Assembly (NCBI GenBank): GCA_964035545.1
Contig: OZ037766.1
Coordinates: 19,518,767 to 19,582,766 of the forward strand
Direction: 5' to 3'
Source of the DNA: Bugula neritina
Taxonomy: Eukaryota; Animalia; Bryozoa
Length of the DNA stretch: 64,000 bases
Positions 38,689 through 50,940 of the stretch are shown piece by piece. The notes beneath the pieces are model-generated. The model saw only the letters and a list, made by a program, of their open reading frames with translations. It did no database searches and had not been told where the DNA came from. The translations under genes and the position numbers were made by a program. Every line of letters begins with the position of its first letter. The stretch's first letter is position 1.

Positions 38689-41600
38689 GTATATATGTAT
38701 ACATATAATGGGTGTCAGTTGTGAGCATTACATGCTCATGTGGCTACTTGATACCAAACGGAGTGCAACATGACTACATTTAACAAACTCGTTACCAGCA
38801 TATCCTTGAAATGTAGCATAGTCTTCTAATGAGACACGTACAACTAATACTATATATATACAGCTATTGCTATTTGATATACAATACAAATCCCAACAGC
38901 CATAACATAACAATATAGACACATGCCAGCAGGATATGAGTCATGAAAGTTATCCCATTCTGTCATATGCCACTTTTTGCAAAATTTCTAATAATTCAGC
39001 TAGTTTTATAATTATATAGTTTTTATATAATGTAGATACTCGAATATGCTTTTGTATAATAATAGCAAATATTATTATAAGAAATGAAACAATGTATATG
39101 TATAATGAGTCATGCCATAAGCTATTAATTACAAGTGTTATATATTACAGATGGAAAACACCTATTCCAATAAAAACTTGCTATAGGCATTGCTCTGGCT
39201 AGTTACAGTAACTTGAGAACTTTCTCAAATACTTAGATAGTTATAACTGCATAGCATAATACTATATGAACAATCTTTTACAAGGCAATTAACTTTATTA
39301 CTAGCATTTCCATAGATACTACATATTATAAGCTCTACTCTCAACTAAGTCAGTCACTGTGACTATCACTCTCTGCTGAGTCAGTCACTGTGACTATCAC
39401 TTTGAGCTAAGCGAGTCACTGTGATTATCACTTTGAGCTAAGTGAGTCACTGTGACTATCACTTTGAGCTAAGCGAGTCACTGTGACTATCACTCTCTAC
39501 TGAGTCAGTCACCACAACTATTACTCAAACCAAACCCAACGGCCAACCTTGTGTGAGTAGATGTTGAGAGAGGTGTTTGGGTTGATAAGGAGTAGACTGG
39601 GGCCACTGACTGTGTGCACAAGACTGCTGCCATACCGCTGACGTAGTACATGTAACAGTGATGACTCATTCAAATATGTAAGGGAAGATAAGTCCTCACA
39701 GCGATCTAATGAGGGCAAATTCACCTGTAAACAGAGTTAAATAAAATTGATGTCAACAAGTGTAGCAGTCGCATAGACAGGGTATTTCTTAACATTTTTA
39801 ATATTCTATAGCACGTTGGTATTATTAAATTTCTTTTGATTGGCTGAATTCTTTTAGAATAACATCTATCAATAGTATGCAATTTTTAGTTCGAATTCCT
39901 ACATAGTGATTTGATCCGACTTGCAAGTTAAACTAAATTGAATGGGCCAACTTGAGTTAGTGATTGCCTTAGTAGGACTTGATAGTTTTATGTCTGTTTT
40001 TGACTTGAATTGACTCAGCTAGCTATTTTTTGTAATACATTTTACAATTCTGGTAAACAGTATAAAGGTTTGTGGTTGTGAAGTTATACTAAAAAATGAG
40101 GACTTTCCATTTATATTACAATAATTTAATGCAGCAACTATACAGCTTTATACCCAAACAATGGTAAATCTAGACAACAGTTCAACATGAAAAGAAATGG
40201 CAAAAATTAAGTATTCAAGATCCAACAGCAAACTTATGAAACTGAAGCTATAAAACATGAAAGGCTTCTTTTTCAAAACTCAACTGCAGCACAATCATGG
40301 ATTGTAATACTTTTTTATATTCAAATGAGTAAAAAGTAAACAAAATAACAAATAATATGTTTTTCTTAATTAAACCCAAGCAATTATAACCACAAACACA
40401 TTTAAAAACATCTAAGCAAGCTAAAATTTTTATTGCAGACAAAATTACAACAAGCTTGTTCAGATTGTATTTATTAAAACAAACAATTAAATTTTTCACT
40501 TAAATATTTTAGCATGAAAGCATCAAAAACATAAAAGCAAAAATAATTAATGAAGTCCTAGTAATTATATTACTTGCTATTGCATGTACCCCATTATGAA
40601 CTGTTGAAAAGTAGGAAATTAGTTTAAAGTTGCCTTTATACCTTCACGATTTTCAGTCAGAAATTCAATTTGGCCGGGTTGCATTGCATTGTAAAAGCCA
40701 CTTATAAAAATTTTTGTACTGTGATAACCTAATTTCAGAATACTCAAAAGGAGTATCAACTCCTTGTAAACATTGTTATTTAGTTATGACTTTGGCGATT
40801 AGATGGCGTACTTATATGTTAATAATTATATCACCTACGCCTTCACTAATTCACTACGTTTACAAAGGGCAGCAAATAGTGATTAGGCGAGTCAAATTTC
40901 AATTTTAGAAAGTGAGCTTCTGCATCAATATGATTTCAACGATTTTCAGTTTGACTATAAGGGGTACCCGGACAAGCATTATCAACTTAAACTCGGTACT
41001 TTTGTCAGCAGAGGTATAAATGCAACTTAAAACAAACCAATTCAGTTGTGAAGGTCAAGTCAACTATACTTTTCACTTAGATGTTCAAAAGTACACATGC
41101 TACAAAACATGCAGCCTGCAGTAACAATTGGGACTTAATTGTGTAATGATTCATGAGAATTTGGAATAAAATAATTTGAAAAATACTGATGCTGTGGCCC
41201 CCAGCTCAAGCTGAAGTTTACAATGTGGCCTTCGCCATAGAATATTCCTTTTTAGTGGCCCTCGATCTAAAGAGGTTGGACACCCCGGGTTTAGCAGATG
41301 CTAAACTGAATTTGCCACAGGCACATTTGTAAAATAAGTGAGGTGAGATTCTTACTTTCTCCAAGTCATTTTCATCCACTTCCAAGATATGCCCCCCTTG
41401 TTCCAGTTTCACTTTGCATCTACCATCTGTGGTGGCTGATTGTATTAGTTTACAAGATGAGTATCCACCTTTATGAATCAACCAGTAATTCTCCTCACCA
41501 GAGTTGTCATGTCCATTGATCGGTGGTGAAACCTTATCAAGTAAAATTATACAGAACCATTAGTAAATAAATCATCATTAATAAAGTTAGGTATTCTTCT

Positions 41601-44600
41601 AAGCTTTGTCTGCAAGTAGACTTAAAGTAGTAATGTAATACTGCGCAGTAGTAAATTACTATATTGGTTAGGAGTTATCATGACAGTTGATGATGCCAGC
41701 TGCCCAGTTGAGAATGAAGAAGGCTGTCCAAACCCATGGCAGAGCAGTTATTGTTGTGAATATAATTTGTCTGGGAATGATGCATTTATGAGAGTAATTA
41801 GTGAATCAACCTTTTCTATATCACTCAGAGTGATGTACATAATGTCAAGCAGCCAACAAAACACATTTTGCTACTCACTTCTTCAACTGTCTGTTTACAG
41901 TGGGACATTCTGGCTTTTGAAAATACAAACTTGAGAGACACCTTTTGATGACACCATTAAAAATTTAAAATATAATTTATGCTATTGGGATGACACCATC
42001 TACAATATTTCGTGGAAATGTGCCAATATGCTCAGGTCTTTACTCCACACTCTATCACGTGAAATAAGCAAGACATTGCAAGGGTTTTATGGTCAAATCT
42101 TTTATTGTGTCTATGTTGAATATTCAATGAAGAACCTGCAGTTTACACGAGAGTGCTTTACTTAAACAAATGTACATCTGCAGCTTCAACTGTGGAAATT
42201 AGAAATAATTTTATTGGAAAATTGACACTAATTGGTGCAAATGCTAGATTTCAGCACTGGAATTCAAATACTCTCTATGGTAGCTATGTACTATTGACAG
42301 TAATATTTGCTATGTTTAAATAGAGGTACGAAGAAAGTCAACCATATAAAGGTAACATATGCATGTAAGTAATGAGTAGAGAGTGTCACCTAGAGTAGGC
42401 AGATAACCTGTGATTAACAGTGCATCACATAATGATATTTCAACTGTCACTACTACTGCAAGTCTATTAGAATTGAAAAGTAGTGAAGGCTGGTGCTTAG
42501 TTTGCTTCCCTTGTTTAGACACGTAGTGAAGATATTTCAAACATTTCATAACCTATATTCCACATTTTATTCAAGTTCACAGCAATACACCATAAGTCGC
42601 CACCACAGCCTCACTTATAAGTAAAAATTCTGAATTGCTGGCTTGCCAGTCGAGTGTAGAATTTCATATTTTTGATCAGTAAATTGTCAGCATTGAATAT
42701 ACAACTGCTGGTAATAATTAATCATCTATTTGGCTGTTGATACCTTCTCTGTAGTAGTAGTACATAGTATATAATACTACTAGTCAGTACATAGTACTAC
42801 TAGTCAGTACATAATACTACTAGTCAGTACATAGTACTACTAGTCAGTACATAATACTACTAGTCAGTACATAGTACTACTAGTCAGTACATAATACTAC
42901 TAGTCAGTACATAGTACTACTAGTCAGTACATAGTACTACTAGTTAGTAAATATAGTACTAGTCAGTAAATATAGTACTAGTCAACAAATATAGTGCTAG
43001 TTAACATATATAGTGTTAGTTAACATATATAGTGTTAGTTAACATATATAGTGTTAGTTAACATATATAGTGTTAGTTAACATATATTGTGTAAGTTAAC
43101 ATATATAGTGCTAGCCAACGAATTCAGCATAAGCCAGCAAAAATTTTGCCCAAAATTGTGGCCTGTTTTTAAAATATTATGCTGAAAAAGTTATAAAAAC
43201 TTGCTTTGCAGACTTACATTCAATAAATCTATTTGCTGACTAATCTATTTGCTGACTAATCTATTTGCTGACTAATCTATCACATTACATATTTGGAGTT
43301 TCTGGACTAACAACTTGTAATGTAACTTTGGAAATATTTTTGATCTTCTGTGATTAAAGGCTGACACACCAGATTTCAGAGCCCAGATCTTATAGTATCC
43401 ACGTTGAATTACTATTTGCCTACTATATGTCCAAATTAAAAATAAACCTTGTACTAAAAATCGGCTGTGGAAAATGCAGTAGTAGAAAAAAAGCCTAGCA
43501 TGACTACATTATTTTCTATTTCAAACTATGATTAATGGTTGATGCTGTTATCTAAAATGTTGACTTTATATCAGAGATTATTATACCAAGTAGCTATCTA
43601 GTAGAACAGGAATGTGACCCGGGTCTGATTATACTTAGTGTACTGTCAATAAGAAGACTTAGCCCCTTGATTAGGTCAATGTGTGGCTGGGTATAAATTA
43701 CTACTTCTAGTTTAACTTGGATGTCTTAAACAACAAAGTTGCAGTCAATTTTGTATGTGAATTTAGTATTATTAGATATAAAAAATGATAAAAACTTACA
43801 TCTCCATTGTTATTGACTTTAAACTCAGGAGAGTTGTTGACATACGGTGCAGTTACAGGTGGATTGGCACGACGGTGAAGTTCGCTGACTCCTACTAACT
43901 GCTGAACTACCAGATTCAGAGGGTCAGGTGACTGCTGTATCCATGCGATCACTACATCTCGAGAACATTCTTCCACATTTTTACCATTTATCTCCACAAT
44001 TCTGTCCCCAGCAATCACACCAGATTTGCTACCAGAAGACCCAGGTTCAGCATGCACTGCGTGGTGTGTGACTCCTGTAGCTACATTGGTGTATGGAGCC
44101 CATCTTAAATTGAAACCAAAGTCCCCTGTCGGCTGACGTGATATGACTAGTCTGCGAGTTTCCATTGGAGGAGGAGGAGTTATGGAAGGTAACTCCAAAT
44201 CAACATCATACACTTTTTCAGTAGCAGATGCAGGTGGGGGGACACTGGGAGGTGCTATGTTCATCGTTATACTGTGAATAGATTCCCGCTTTTTCCGATC
44301 AACCAGATGGGATGATTTGGTATCAGGAGATGTCCGCCAAGCAAACTCCTCGTTGATCCGCGTGTTTTGTCTCAATAACTCAGCTTCATCTAAATTACTG
44401 GGAGGTGCATTCTGAGTTTTATGTTTGCTAGAGCCACGGATTTTTAGAATACCCCGGGATACGGCTGATGACTTGCCCCCATTCTTGGAGCTCACACTTG
44501 AAGAACCAAAGGGAGCATTCTTACTGGATTTAGTAGTTAAGGGAGAGGTAAGCTGACTATACCTTGGTTCCCCCAACTCATTATCATATCCAGATATAGA

Positions 44601-44690
44601 ATCCCGAGATTTCTTTTCTTTTTTCGAATCTTTTCTCTCTTTTTTTTTGTCATCAGACTTTGTTTTATCCTTTCGTCCGAACTTGAACAT
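14701..44690 (-). CDS. MYO18A: Unconventional myosin-XVIII (MYO18A-like; KE-rich + PDZ + motor + IQ + coiled-coil tail), ~1887 aa, 32 coding exons
   Basis: complement(join 43800-44690, 41356-41532, 39548-39724, 38038-38248, 37584-37726, 37041-37202, 36549-36693, 36124-36262, 34740-34847, 33934-34114, 33225-33314, 32752-32926, 31581-31743, 30125-30296, 29447-29639, 29110-29276, 28632-28760, 28410-28553, 28055-28144, 26104-26223, 25597-25705, 24835-24965, 24480-24634, 24139-24262, 22017-22217, 19004-19238, 18473-18600, 18104-18334, 17404-17625, 16492-16677, 16276-16397, 14701-14743). All introns GT-AG, phases consistent, total 5664 nt. Class-18 hallmarks: [41 protein letters not shown] switch [15 protein letters not shown]. 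Confidence 0.95.
15436..15462 (-). CDS. Candidate 27-nt frame-preserving micro-exon of MYO18
   Basis: gatacag|GGATGAAATGGAAGATATAGACCACCG|gtaaag; phase 2-2, adds DEMEDIDHR. Confidence 0.55.
17970..18060. repeat. Short 20-22-bp minisatellite (gagatggtgtataggactga), ~4 units
   Basis: Visible tandem units ~45 nt from the donor at 18103. Confidence 0.85.
23690..24134. repeat. ~20-22-bp minisatellite (acactgtgtgtgacatgttat)
   Basis: About 20 variable units, abutting the myosin donor at 24138. Confidence 0.95.
26925..27643. repeat. 20-bp minisatellite (CTACACCTCTCTACACTCCC), ~35 units
   Basis: Clear 20-bp period, almost G-free on +; GGGG run every 20 nt on the - (myosin sense) strand. Confidence 0.97.
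28410..28760 (-). CDS. MYO18A: MYO18 neck exons (28632-28760, 28410-28553) with IQ motifs
   Basis: [13 protein letters not shown] and [28 protein letters not shown]. Confidence 0.92.
28966..29101. repeat. 19-bp minisatellite (GTGACTTGATGAAGTATAT), ~7 units
   Basis: Tandem units begin ~8 nt into the intron after the donor at 29109. Confidence 0.93.
31294..31378. repeat. 85-bp near-perfect palindrome / hairpin
   Basis: 42-nt arms aaaactagtgctaggattttagcataatatttctacaacagc / gctggtgtagaaatatcctgctaaaatcctagtactagtttt, 4 mismatches. Confidence 0.9.
32410..32754. repeat. 21-bp minisatellite (ACTTACACTACAATGCTGTAC) containing the splice donor
   Basis: About 16 units; the - strand unit carries T|GTAAGT and the first unit is the true donor at 32751. 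Confidence 0.95.
33934..34114 (-). CDS. MYO18A: MYO18 exon containing switch II / relay helix
   Basis: [13 protein letters not shown]...[22 protein letters not shown]...ERYIQ. Confidence 0.95.
34577..34753. repeat. 22-bp minisatellite (ATAACCAACCTGTTTATTAGAT), 8 units, spanning the exon/intron junction
   Basis: The - strand unit ATCTAATAAACAG|GTTGGTTAT is the exon end (YLINR) plus the donor. Confidence 0.95.
34878..35150. repeat. 12-bp minisatellite (TAGTCCAGTAGG-like)
   Basis: About 22 units, ~30 nt from the acceptor at 34848; explains the LLDY-repeat ORF. Confidence 0.93.
37584..37726 (-). CDS. MYO18A: MYO18 exon containing switch I (absent from ORF track)
   Basis: [48 protein letters not shown] aligns by eye to myosin LEAFGNAKT..NxNSSRFG. 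Confidence 0.92.
38038..38248 (-). CDS. MYO18A: MYO18 exon containing the P-loop
   Basis: ELPPHVYS...[16 protein letters not shown]; tttcag| and |gtaagt. Confidence 0.95.
38575..38700. repeat. (TA)n microsatellite with AT-rich and (TATG)n flanks
   Basis: Pure (TA) run of ~70 nt at ~38608-38676. Confidence 0.97.
39348..39512. repeat. 31-bp minisatellite with internal palindrome GTCACTGTGAC, ~5 units
   Basis: agtcactgtgactatcactttgagctaagcg repeated. Confidence 0.9.
39548..39724 (-). CDS. MYO18A: MYO18 exon: start of motor domain
   Basis: [49 protein letters not shown]; ttacag| acceptor, |gttggc donor. Confidence 0.95.
41879..41908 (-). CDS. Candidate alternative start or cassette exon of MYO18 ([10 protein letters not shown])
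   Basis: ATG TCC CAC TGT AAA CAG ACA GTT GAA GAA|GTGAGT; the phase-0 donor is compatible with the acceptor at 41532. Confidence 0.45.
42755..43112. repeat. Compound minisatellite: 20-bp TAGTCAGTACATAGTACTAC grading into 19-bp TAGTGTTAGTTAACATATA
   Basis: Visible tandem units with transitional units at ~42940-43000. Confidence 0.93.
43800..44690 (-). CDS. MYO18A: MYO18 first coding exon: KE-rich N-terminus and PDZ domain
   Basis: [27 protein letters not shown]...[18 protein letters not shown]...[17 protein letters not shown]. Ends GAT|GTAAGT (phase 0). A candidate acceptor just 5' of 44748 suggests a non-coding exon further upstream. Confidence 0.93.
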
Positions 44691-46560
44691 GTTGGAAAAA
44701 AGTATGGCTACACTACAAGATTTCCTTGACCTTCACTGCAGTCATAGTCTACAAGCAAATGACTAACACGTATAAATCTACAGTCATCACCAAACAATTG
44801 AAAGTTTTAGTATAAAGTTAATAATGTGATCAATCATTATGTCAAGAAAGATATAAGAGAACAGAAAATACTTAGCATAGAAAGTTTTAATTTTCCATCT
44901 AACTTAATTAATTTTAACCAAGATATGCTCATTATTTACTCTCTGGTAGCATGTAGCTACTCTTTGCAAAGGAGTTGCAACGATCTTTTCTAAATACAAT
45001 AATTTAGCTACTTGCTGCTTATATACTCTATTTGAAGATAAATAACAACTAAAAACATGTCCTACATACACTTATGTATCATAGAACTTTTCTTAATTGT
45101 AGAACAGTTTAGGTTACAGCATCATAAAAAGTTTATAATACAGTAATAAGGAAAAAATAATTGGTATGTCAAGATAGTGAAGTAGCATGTGGGGGCTTCT
45201 CCTATGACTATATCAGCAGCATTAAATATTTAGCAGGAAAGCTGAGGGAAGTCTTCAATGAAAATACAAGATAGTAGAAAAGTCACTTCGACATGATGGT
45301 GGATTCTTCAAATGGTAAATTATTCATATTACTCATCATTAATGAGATAGAGGAGCAAGGTGAAACATATTGTAGCATAGTGATAGTGTGGAGTTATAGC
45401 TGGAGTTAGTGGTAGTCACCAAAACTTGACAAATATATAATATTAGGTCTAATTATGTAGCCTATTTTCTACTTTCCAACACACTTTATAAACATTTTCA
45501 AAGTTATACAGAATATAAAATATTTTAATAGCTTTTGAAGCAGCTATTATACTTTTCAAAAGCCAAATTGGACATTTATTTATAAAAAAAATCACAACTT
45601 TAGAGCTAAAATAGTGTTTATTGCTTTGGTTACATAGTTAAGATTATCAACATAAATTATCAGCAGATAAATTTTTAACTTTTTGACTATTTTAAATGAA
45701 GTTTGTGAGGTTACAGAATTTATTTTTGTTAAAATGAAATAATAATCAATAACAAATTGAAATAGATCGACATTTTAAAGAAGTAATGTAGGAAAATGGT
45801 TGGAGAGCAATACACTTGCTATATGAAAACAGTAGGAATTTCTAAAAGGGTTCTCCTGCTTCAGGCAAATTGGTAACATTCCCAAGTAACTAAGTGGGTT
45901 GTAGTTTATGCTAATTAAGTACTCACATTAGTAGCAGTTTTGCATAGAACATTCAGTGCTAAATAGAATTAATAATATTTCCTACTTCTTTATAAGGTGT
46001 TGAGCTTGAAAACAATTGTTGTAAAATAATAATGACAAGTCAGTAAATGAACTGATTTACTCTACAAGTAAGTTTAATGCCAGGGTAAGCGACTTACTGT
46101 TTAAACTTTAGAGTTTACTGCTAGCCAAAAACATTAGTGATCAGATGACATTACGTAAGCTAGAGTTTATGACCAATAGTAACATGTATGTAAATTTATA
46201 ATAGCATTACAAATACTAATATTATATTCACCAACTACAAGTAAATCTAACCAGTAAAAAAATTAACGGTAAGTAGAACCATCAACATTAGTTTAGGTGC
46301 AAGACCAGGTTTTACAATAACTCTTAGATTTTCTATGCTATTGACTATTAGTATTAGTAATACTAACAGTACTACTAACAGTAAAACCACGTAAATAACT
46401 GAGTTACTGTAACTACTAGTCAGTTAATGTCTGCTAGTTATTCACTGGGTTAAAAGAGTAAGGTAAAGTTAGTGATAGAGTCTAACTTTGAGAATAAGTT
46501 TATGGCAGAGTATTAAATTTAAGTGTAGTAAGAATGATCCAATAATTAAAATATATTGCT

Positions 46561-46850
46561 AGGTTGAGATTCCTATGCTATAGTGTAATGTAGCATGCTG
46601 ACTAGCAAGTTAGAAGTTTTAGGTTCAATTCCTGGTGGCAGCAACTATTTTACAAGCTATTTCAGCACAAAGTGTGATGATGTACTACTTCTAGAGAGTT
46701 GAGTGGCGAGTGAAGCCTAGGAACTGGCAGAGTAGTAAGGGCAGTGGAGTTCCAGAGAACCAGGAGGAATGTTGGGTTGAGATTCTATTGTACCTCCTAT
46801 AGGTAGCATGTTGGCTTGCAAGTTAGAAGTAGGAGGTTTGATTCTCACAT
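46561..46850 (+). mobile_element. Two tandem degenerate tRNA-like SINE heads
   Basis: ggttgagattc...gtagcatg(c/t)tg(a/g)ct(a/t)gcaagttagaagt...ggtt(c/t)(a/g)attc occurs at ~46561 and ~46774; resembles the head at 59979. Confidence 0.5.
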
Positions 46851-47000
46851 AGCATATAAATCATGATTATATATAAAATTAAATAATATCAATATTTAAT
46901 ATGATTATCATTATGTGATAACATTGGCATTATCATTATGATTATCTGATTATAATAAAAGGATTAGGATTTGATCATTATAAATCTAATATTATGATTT

Positions 47001-48025
47001 TCATCTGTATCTGTAAGAAGTAGATCCTGCAGCAGATCCCGTAGGACCATCGTGCAAGCCTCGGAGATCAACGAGTTACTATAATGGCAACCAGCAAATT
47101 ATATATACTTTTTTTTCCTTTTTCTTCTCTTTTTTAATTTTTTCAATGTATAAAGCAAAATAAAATGTATTGATGTAGAGATCTATTAAAAGAAAGCAAT
47201 GGTAGGGACGCTCAATGGGAACAAAAGTGAGCAGTCTGCTCAACACCAACTTCAAGTCTAATGTCCCTGATTCTTCTAGGGAGGAAACTATGATGAAATG
47301 GGCCGGGATTTGAAGAGAGTGATGTTACCAATCCCTGTGACTGAAAACACGTAGTTACATTAGTATTTACAAGATTTGTGTTCTCTTCCAAGAATTTAGT
47401 GAAAATCTCTATCGGGCTACTAACCATTTTCTTGTAGAGCTTTACTCTCAACTCCCTACGACGGACTTCCAGAGTGCTGAGGCCTAATTTTTCTCGGGCC
47501 TCTGACACACTGTCAGTACGGCCTTTTAAGTTTCCTATAAATCGGATAGCCAGATTTTGAACTCCCTCAATTTTATTTATAAGTTTTTGTGTATAAGGGC
47601 AAAATACCTGGCACCCATACTCAAGTATGGGGTGGCATAGGGAAGTGAAAGCAAGTAATTTTGTTTTACGCGGCGAGTTTGATAGTGTTCGCCTTATCAA
47701 CCCCAGAACCTGAGAGGCCTTTTTAACTTTTTGCTCTATATGTTTGTCAAACTTTAGATTATTTTGTATAATGACGCCTAGATATTTGGCCTCTTCAACC
47801 TCACTAACTTTTTCTCCTGCGAGAGTGTAGATACCATTCAAATTTGGTCTTTTAGAGAAGATCATTAGTTTGGTCTTTTTAATATTGAAACTCATGCCCC
47901 ATTTTATAGACCATTCATATATGTTGTTTATGTCCTTTTGAAAACTTTCAAAGTCACTTGAGTTATTTACAGATGTAAAAATGATGGTATCATCTGCAAA
48001 TAAACTAACATTACAGGAGAGGCAA
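47001..48025 (-). mobile_element. 5'-truncated LINE (CR1/L2-group, Crack/Daphne-like) with intact RT C-terminal ORF 47212-~48025
   Basis: LFADDTIIF...FQKDINNIYEWSIKWGMSFNIKKTKLM...KYLGVII...LKFDKHI...PILEYG...IEGVQNLAIRFI. About 200-nt 3' UTR ending in tacagatacaga. The start Met comes from flanking low-complexity DNA. Confidence 0.9.
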
Positions 48026-48959
48026 TCATAATTCATAATGGTTATCATTATCACTTAATCATTGTGATTAGTAAGTGTCAACTTACAACTAATAACATTG
48101 ACTATCACTATAACAGTAACTACTACCATAACTTATAACTATAACATTAACTATAAGCATTATTAACAGTATTCGTATTACTATTAGTATTACTTTTGTA
48201 TAAGTCACAACATTAAATTTAACTCATAAAATAAAGAGAGGATTAAGACTTACTCTATTACTATTTCTATTAGTCAATGTAATATAGTATTTGTACATAT
48301 TTTTAAGGACTAAAGTTAGAGTAAAACTAACAGTAACTGTAAGGACTTTGACTAACTTAAAGAGTGAAAGTAAAGCTTTTAGTCTTACTCTTATTAACTT
48401 ATAGTTATACTATTACATTTAGTTTTACTATTACTATGATTATCACTATCATCGTGATGGTAAATGTAATAGTATAGTGACTATGAGTATGACTATCATT
48501 ATCAAAGTATCAACATCGTGATCATTATGACTATGATTATCATTATGATCATAGGACTAAGTTAAATTATTATAATTTAAATTATATTATTATTAACTTT
48601 ATATTTATTGAATTTTCAATTACATTTAGTTTTAATTTTAGTTTTACAAATTTTTAATATAACATTAACTAACAGTAATACTAATACTAATAGTAATACT
48701 AATGTATAACATTATGATTATCATTATGTAATTAACTATAATATTATTATTAATATTATTAATATTATAATCACTACGTTTACAGTTTATTAGTAGACAG
48801 TTACTTTTACTATTCGTATTAGCTATTACTATAAAATTTAGACTATTAGTGAATTACTATGAGTATTACTATCAGTATGTGTGCGCATCACTATCAGCGT
48901 GAGTATCAGTACCGTACAGTGAGTATCAATATGAATATGAGCATGGTCTACTTCTGGTA

Positions 48960-49110
48960 CAGGAAAAGGGGGTGTGTTAATTAGCGCATAAATTTACAGA
49001 TGGGCGTGTCTCATGGCTTTAATTATTATCATCCTAGTCATTTCTCATTGGCACAGGCAAAACGAAGAGGTCTCTTCATTGCGCATGCGTCTATCTCGTA
49101 CTTCGGTTAC
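48960..49110. promoter_or_regulatory. Possible promoter-like island (NRF1-type TGCGCATGCG at 49080-49089, reverse CCAAT at 49047-49051)
   Basis: Short GC/CpG-richer patch in low-complexity AT DNA, ~4.3 kb upstream of the myosin start codon; motif match only. Confidence 0.25.
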
Positions 49111-49287
49111 TTATTACTTTAAGTTAAAATCGAAGGTAACGATTATATTATTATTATTATTAAATTACTGTTACTATTATGTTTACTTATTAAAGTTGAG
49201 TATAAAAGTTAAACCTAAAGTTTTAGTAAATAAGTATAAGTATTACGGTAGGTAAAGCTAAAATTTAATGTTAACAGCAAGCCTTTC

Positions 49288-49528
49288 ATAGTCAAACTCA
49301 AAGTCAAACTCAATCACAATGTCATACTCATACTCAGTCTGATACTCATAGTCATACTCATAGTCATACTCAAAGTCATAGTACTCATAGTCATACTGAT
49401 ACTCATAGTCATACTCATAGTCATAGTCATACTCATAGTCATAGTGATACTGATAGTGATACTCATACTGATAGTGATAATCATACTGATACTCATACTC
49501 ATAGTTATACTCATACTGATAGTGATAG
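49288..49528. repeat. Hexamer microsatellite (TCATAC/TCATAG/TGATAC)n
   Basis: Period-6 repeat; explains the MSITMS ORF. Confidence 0.92.
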
Positions 49529-50520
49529 AGTCTTAGACCAAGAGTGAAAGACTCACTTTGACTTGCACTTTGTCTTTAGTTTATACTTTTACTATAGCAT
49601 TAGGCTTAGCTGGTCACTTAGAGTTAGTCTTAAATTATACACGGAAAATTTCATTTAAGTTTAACACCGATGAGTGCCAAGTGAAGTGATCATATTTCAC
49701 TAATGTTTGGTAAAACTAATGACACCTCGCATCTGTATGCACTTGGTGAAACCACTCTCAAAACAGTTGAAGAGGCCAAATTGAAATACCTTGGTGTACC
49801 TAATCGTGCAGTCTGATCTGAAGTTTGACATACTGAGACATAATCATATTTAGATTATTATTATTATTACATCAATAATCTAAGCTTAAAACTATTGCGA
49901 GCCGGTGAAGAGACCACAGATTAACTTTGTTGATGAGAATATTCTCGGATAAAGAATGCCGTGAAACGCTTTCATCTGCTAAGAGAGAAGAACCAACATC
50001 TATTTCTGCATTTTCATAGACCTTTCACAAAAGTTTTCTCCCTTGAAGCATTAGATATTTGAGGATACCATCTCACAACACAAACTCAGCTTAGCTATGT
50101 GCTAAAACCCTATAGCCTATACATTACAATTAAAATATTAAAACTTAGCTACATACTAGAATAGATTTATTTCAACATATGATAAACCCAAACAAAAACA
50201 ACATAAGAGGCACTCATAATTTTGCGCCTGTAGGTGTTAGCAGAGTGTTCTAATTTTACGAGGTTAGTTAACAAAGAGCTGCGTCTGTACCAGTAGCCTA
50301 CTTTTTATGCTTTACGCCAGGGATGGGCAAATGGCGGCCCGCGGTCCACATCAGGCCCTTCTACTATTTTAATCAGGTCCTCAGCCAATCACTAGCAATT
50401 CTTAAAATTTAATTGGTTTCTTAATCATTCACAAATTGTGTGCACTATGCAACACTGGCCAATCATGAACATAGCTCATGAAAAGATTCTGGCCAATGTA
50501 TAGTTACCGATATGTTTCAT

Positions 50521-50940
50521 CCCAGATAGACGCCGCCCAGTTAGACGCTATTTTTCATTTTGGTACCATAATAACGTATATAACTGTTGTATTGATTGCT
50601 AGATAGCTAATATGCTAATAGCTATAATAGCTAATATAAAGTATCTGGGATAATAGCCCACTTTTCACAGATTTCTGTGGGACAAAAAACAGTAATACAA
50701 TAATAATAGACATTATTAATAAATACTTATTAACGAAATGTTTTTTTCGACAACAAGAAGCATAGAATATACAAAATTAATAAGTTAATACAGATCAAAG
50801 AAATTTATTTATGTACCAAGCAGCAAACAATTAATCCAAGCTTATTTAAATATACATATATTTCAATAATATTCAAATAAATTGCACACAAAATATATGA
50901 CACAAAAATAAATAAATAGCGTCTAACTGGGACATGGGCT
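50521..50940. mobile_element. MITE-like insert nested in the hAT element
   Basis: 18-bp perfect inverted repeat cccagttagacgctattt (50536-50553) / aaatagcgtctaactggg (50914-50931) around an AT-rich core; exact ends unclear. Confidence 0.6.

Noticed and set aside
41190-41290. hAT-like right end (gtggccc...aggttggacaccccgg)
   Set aside because: No matching left terminus or TSD found; at most a fragment.
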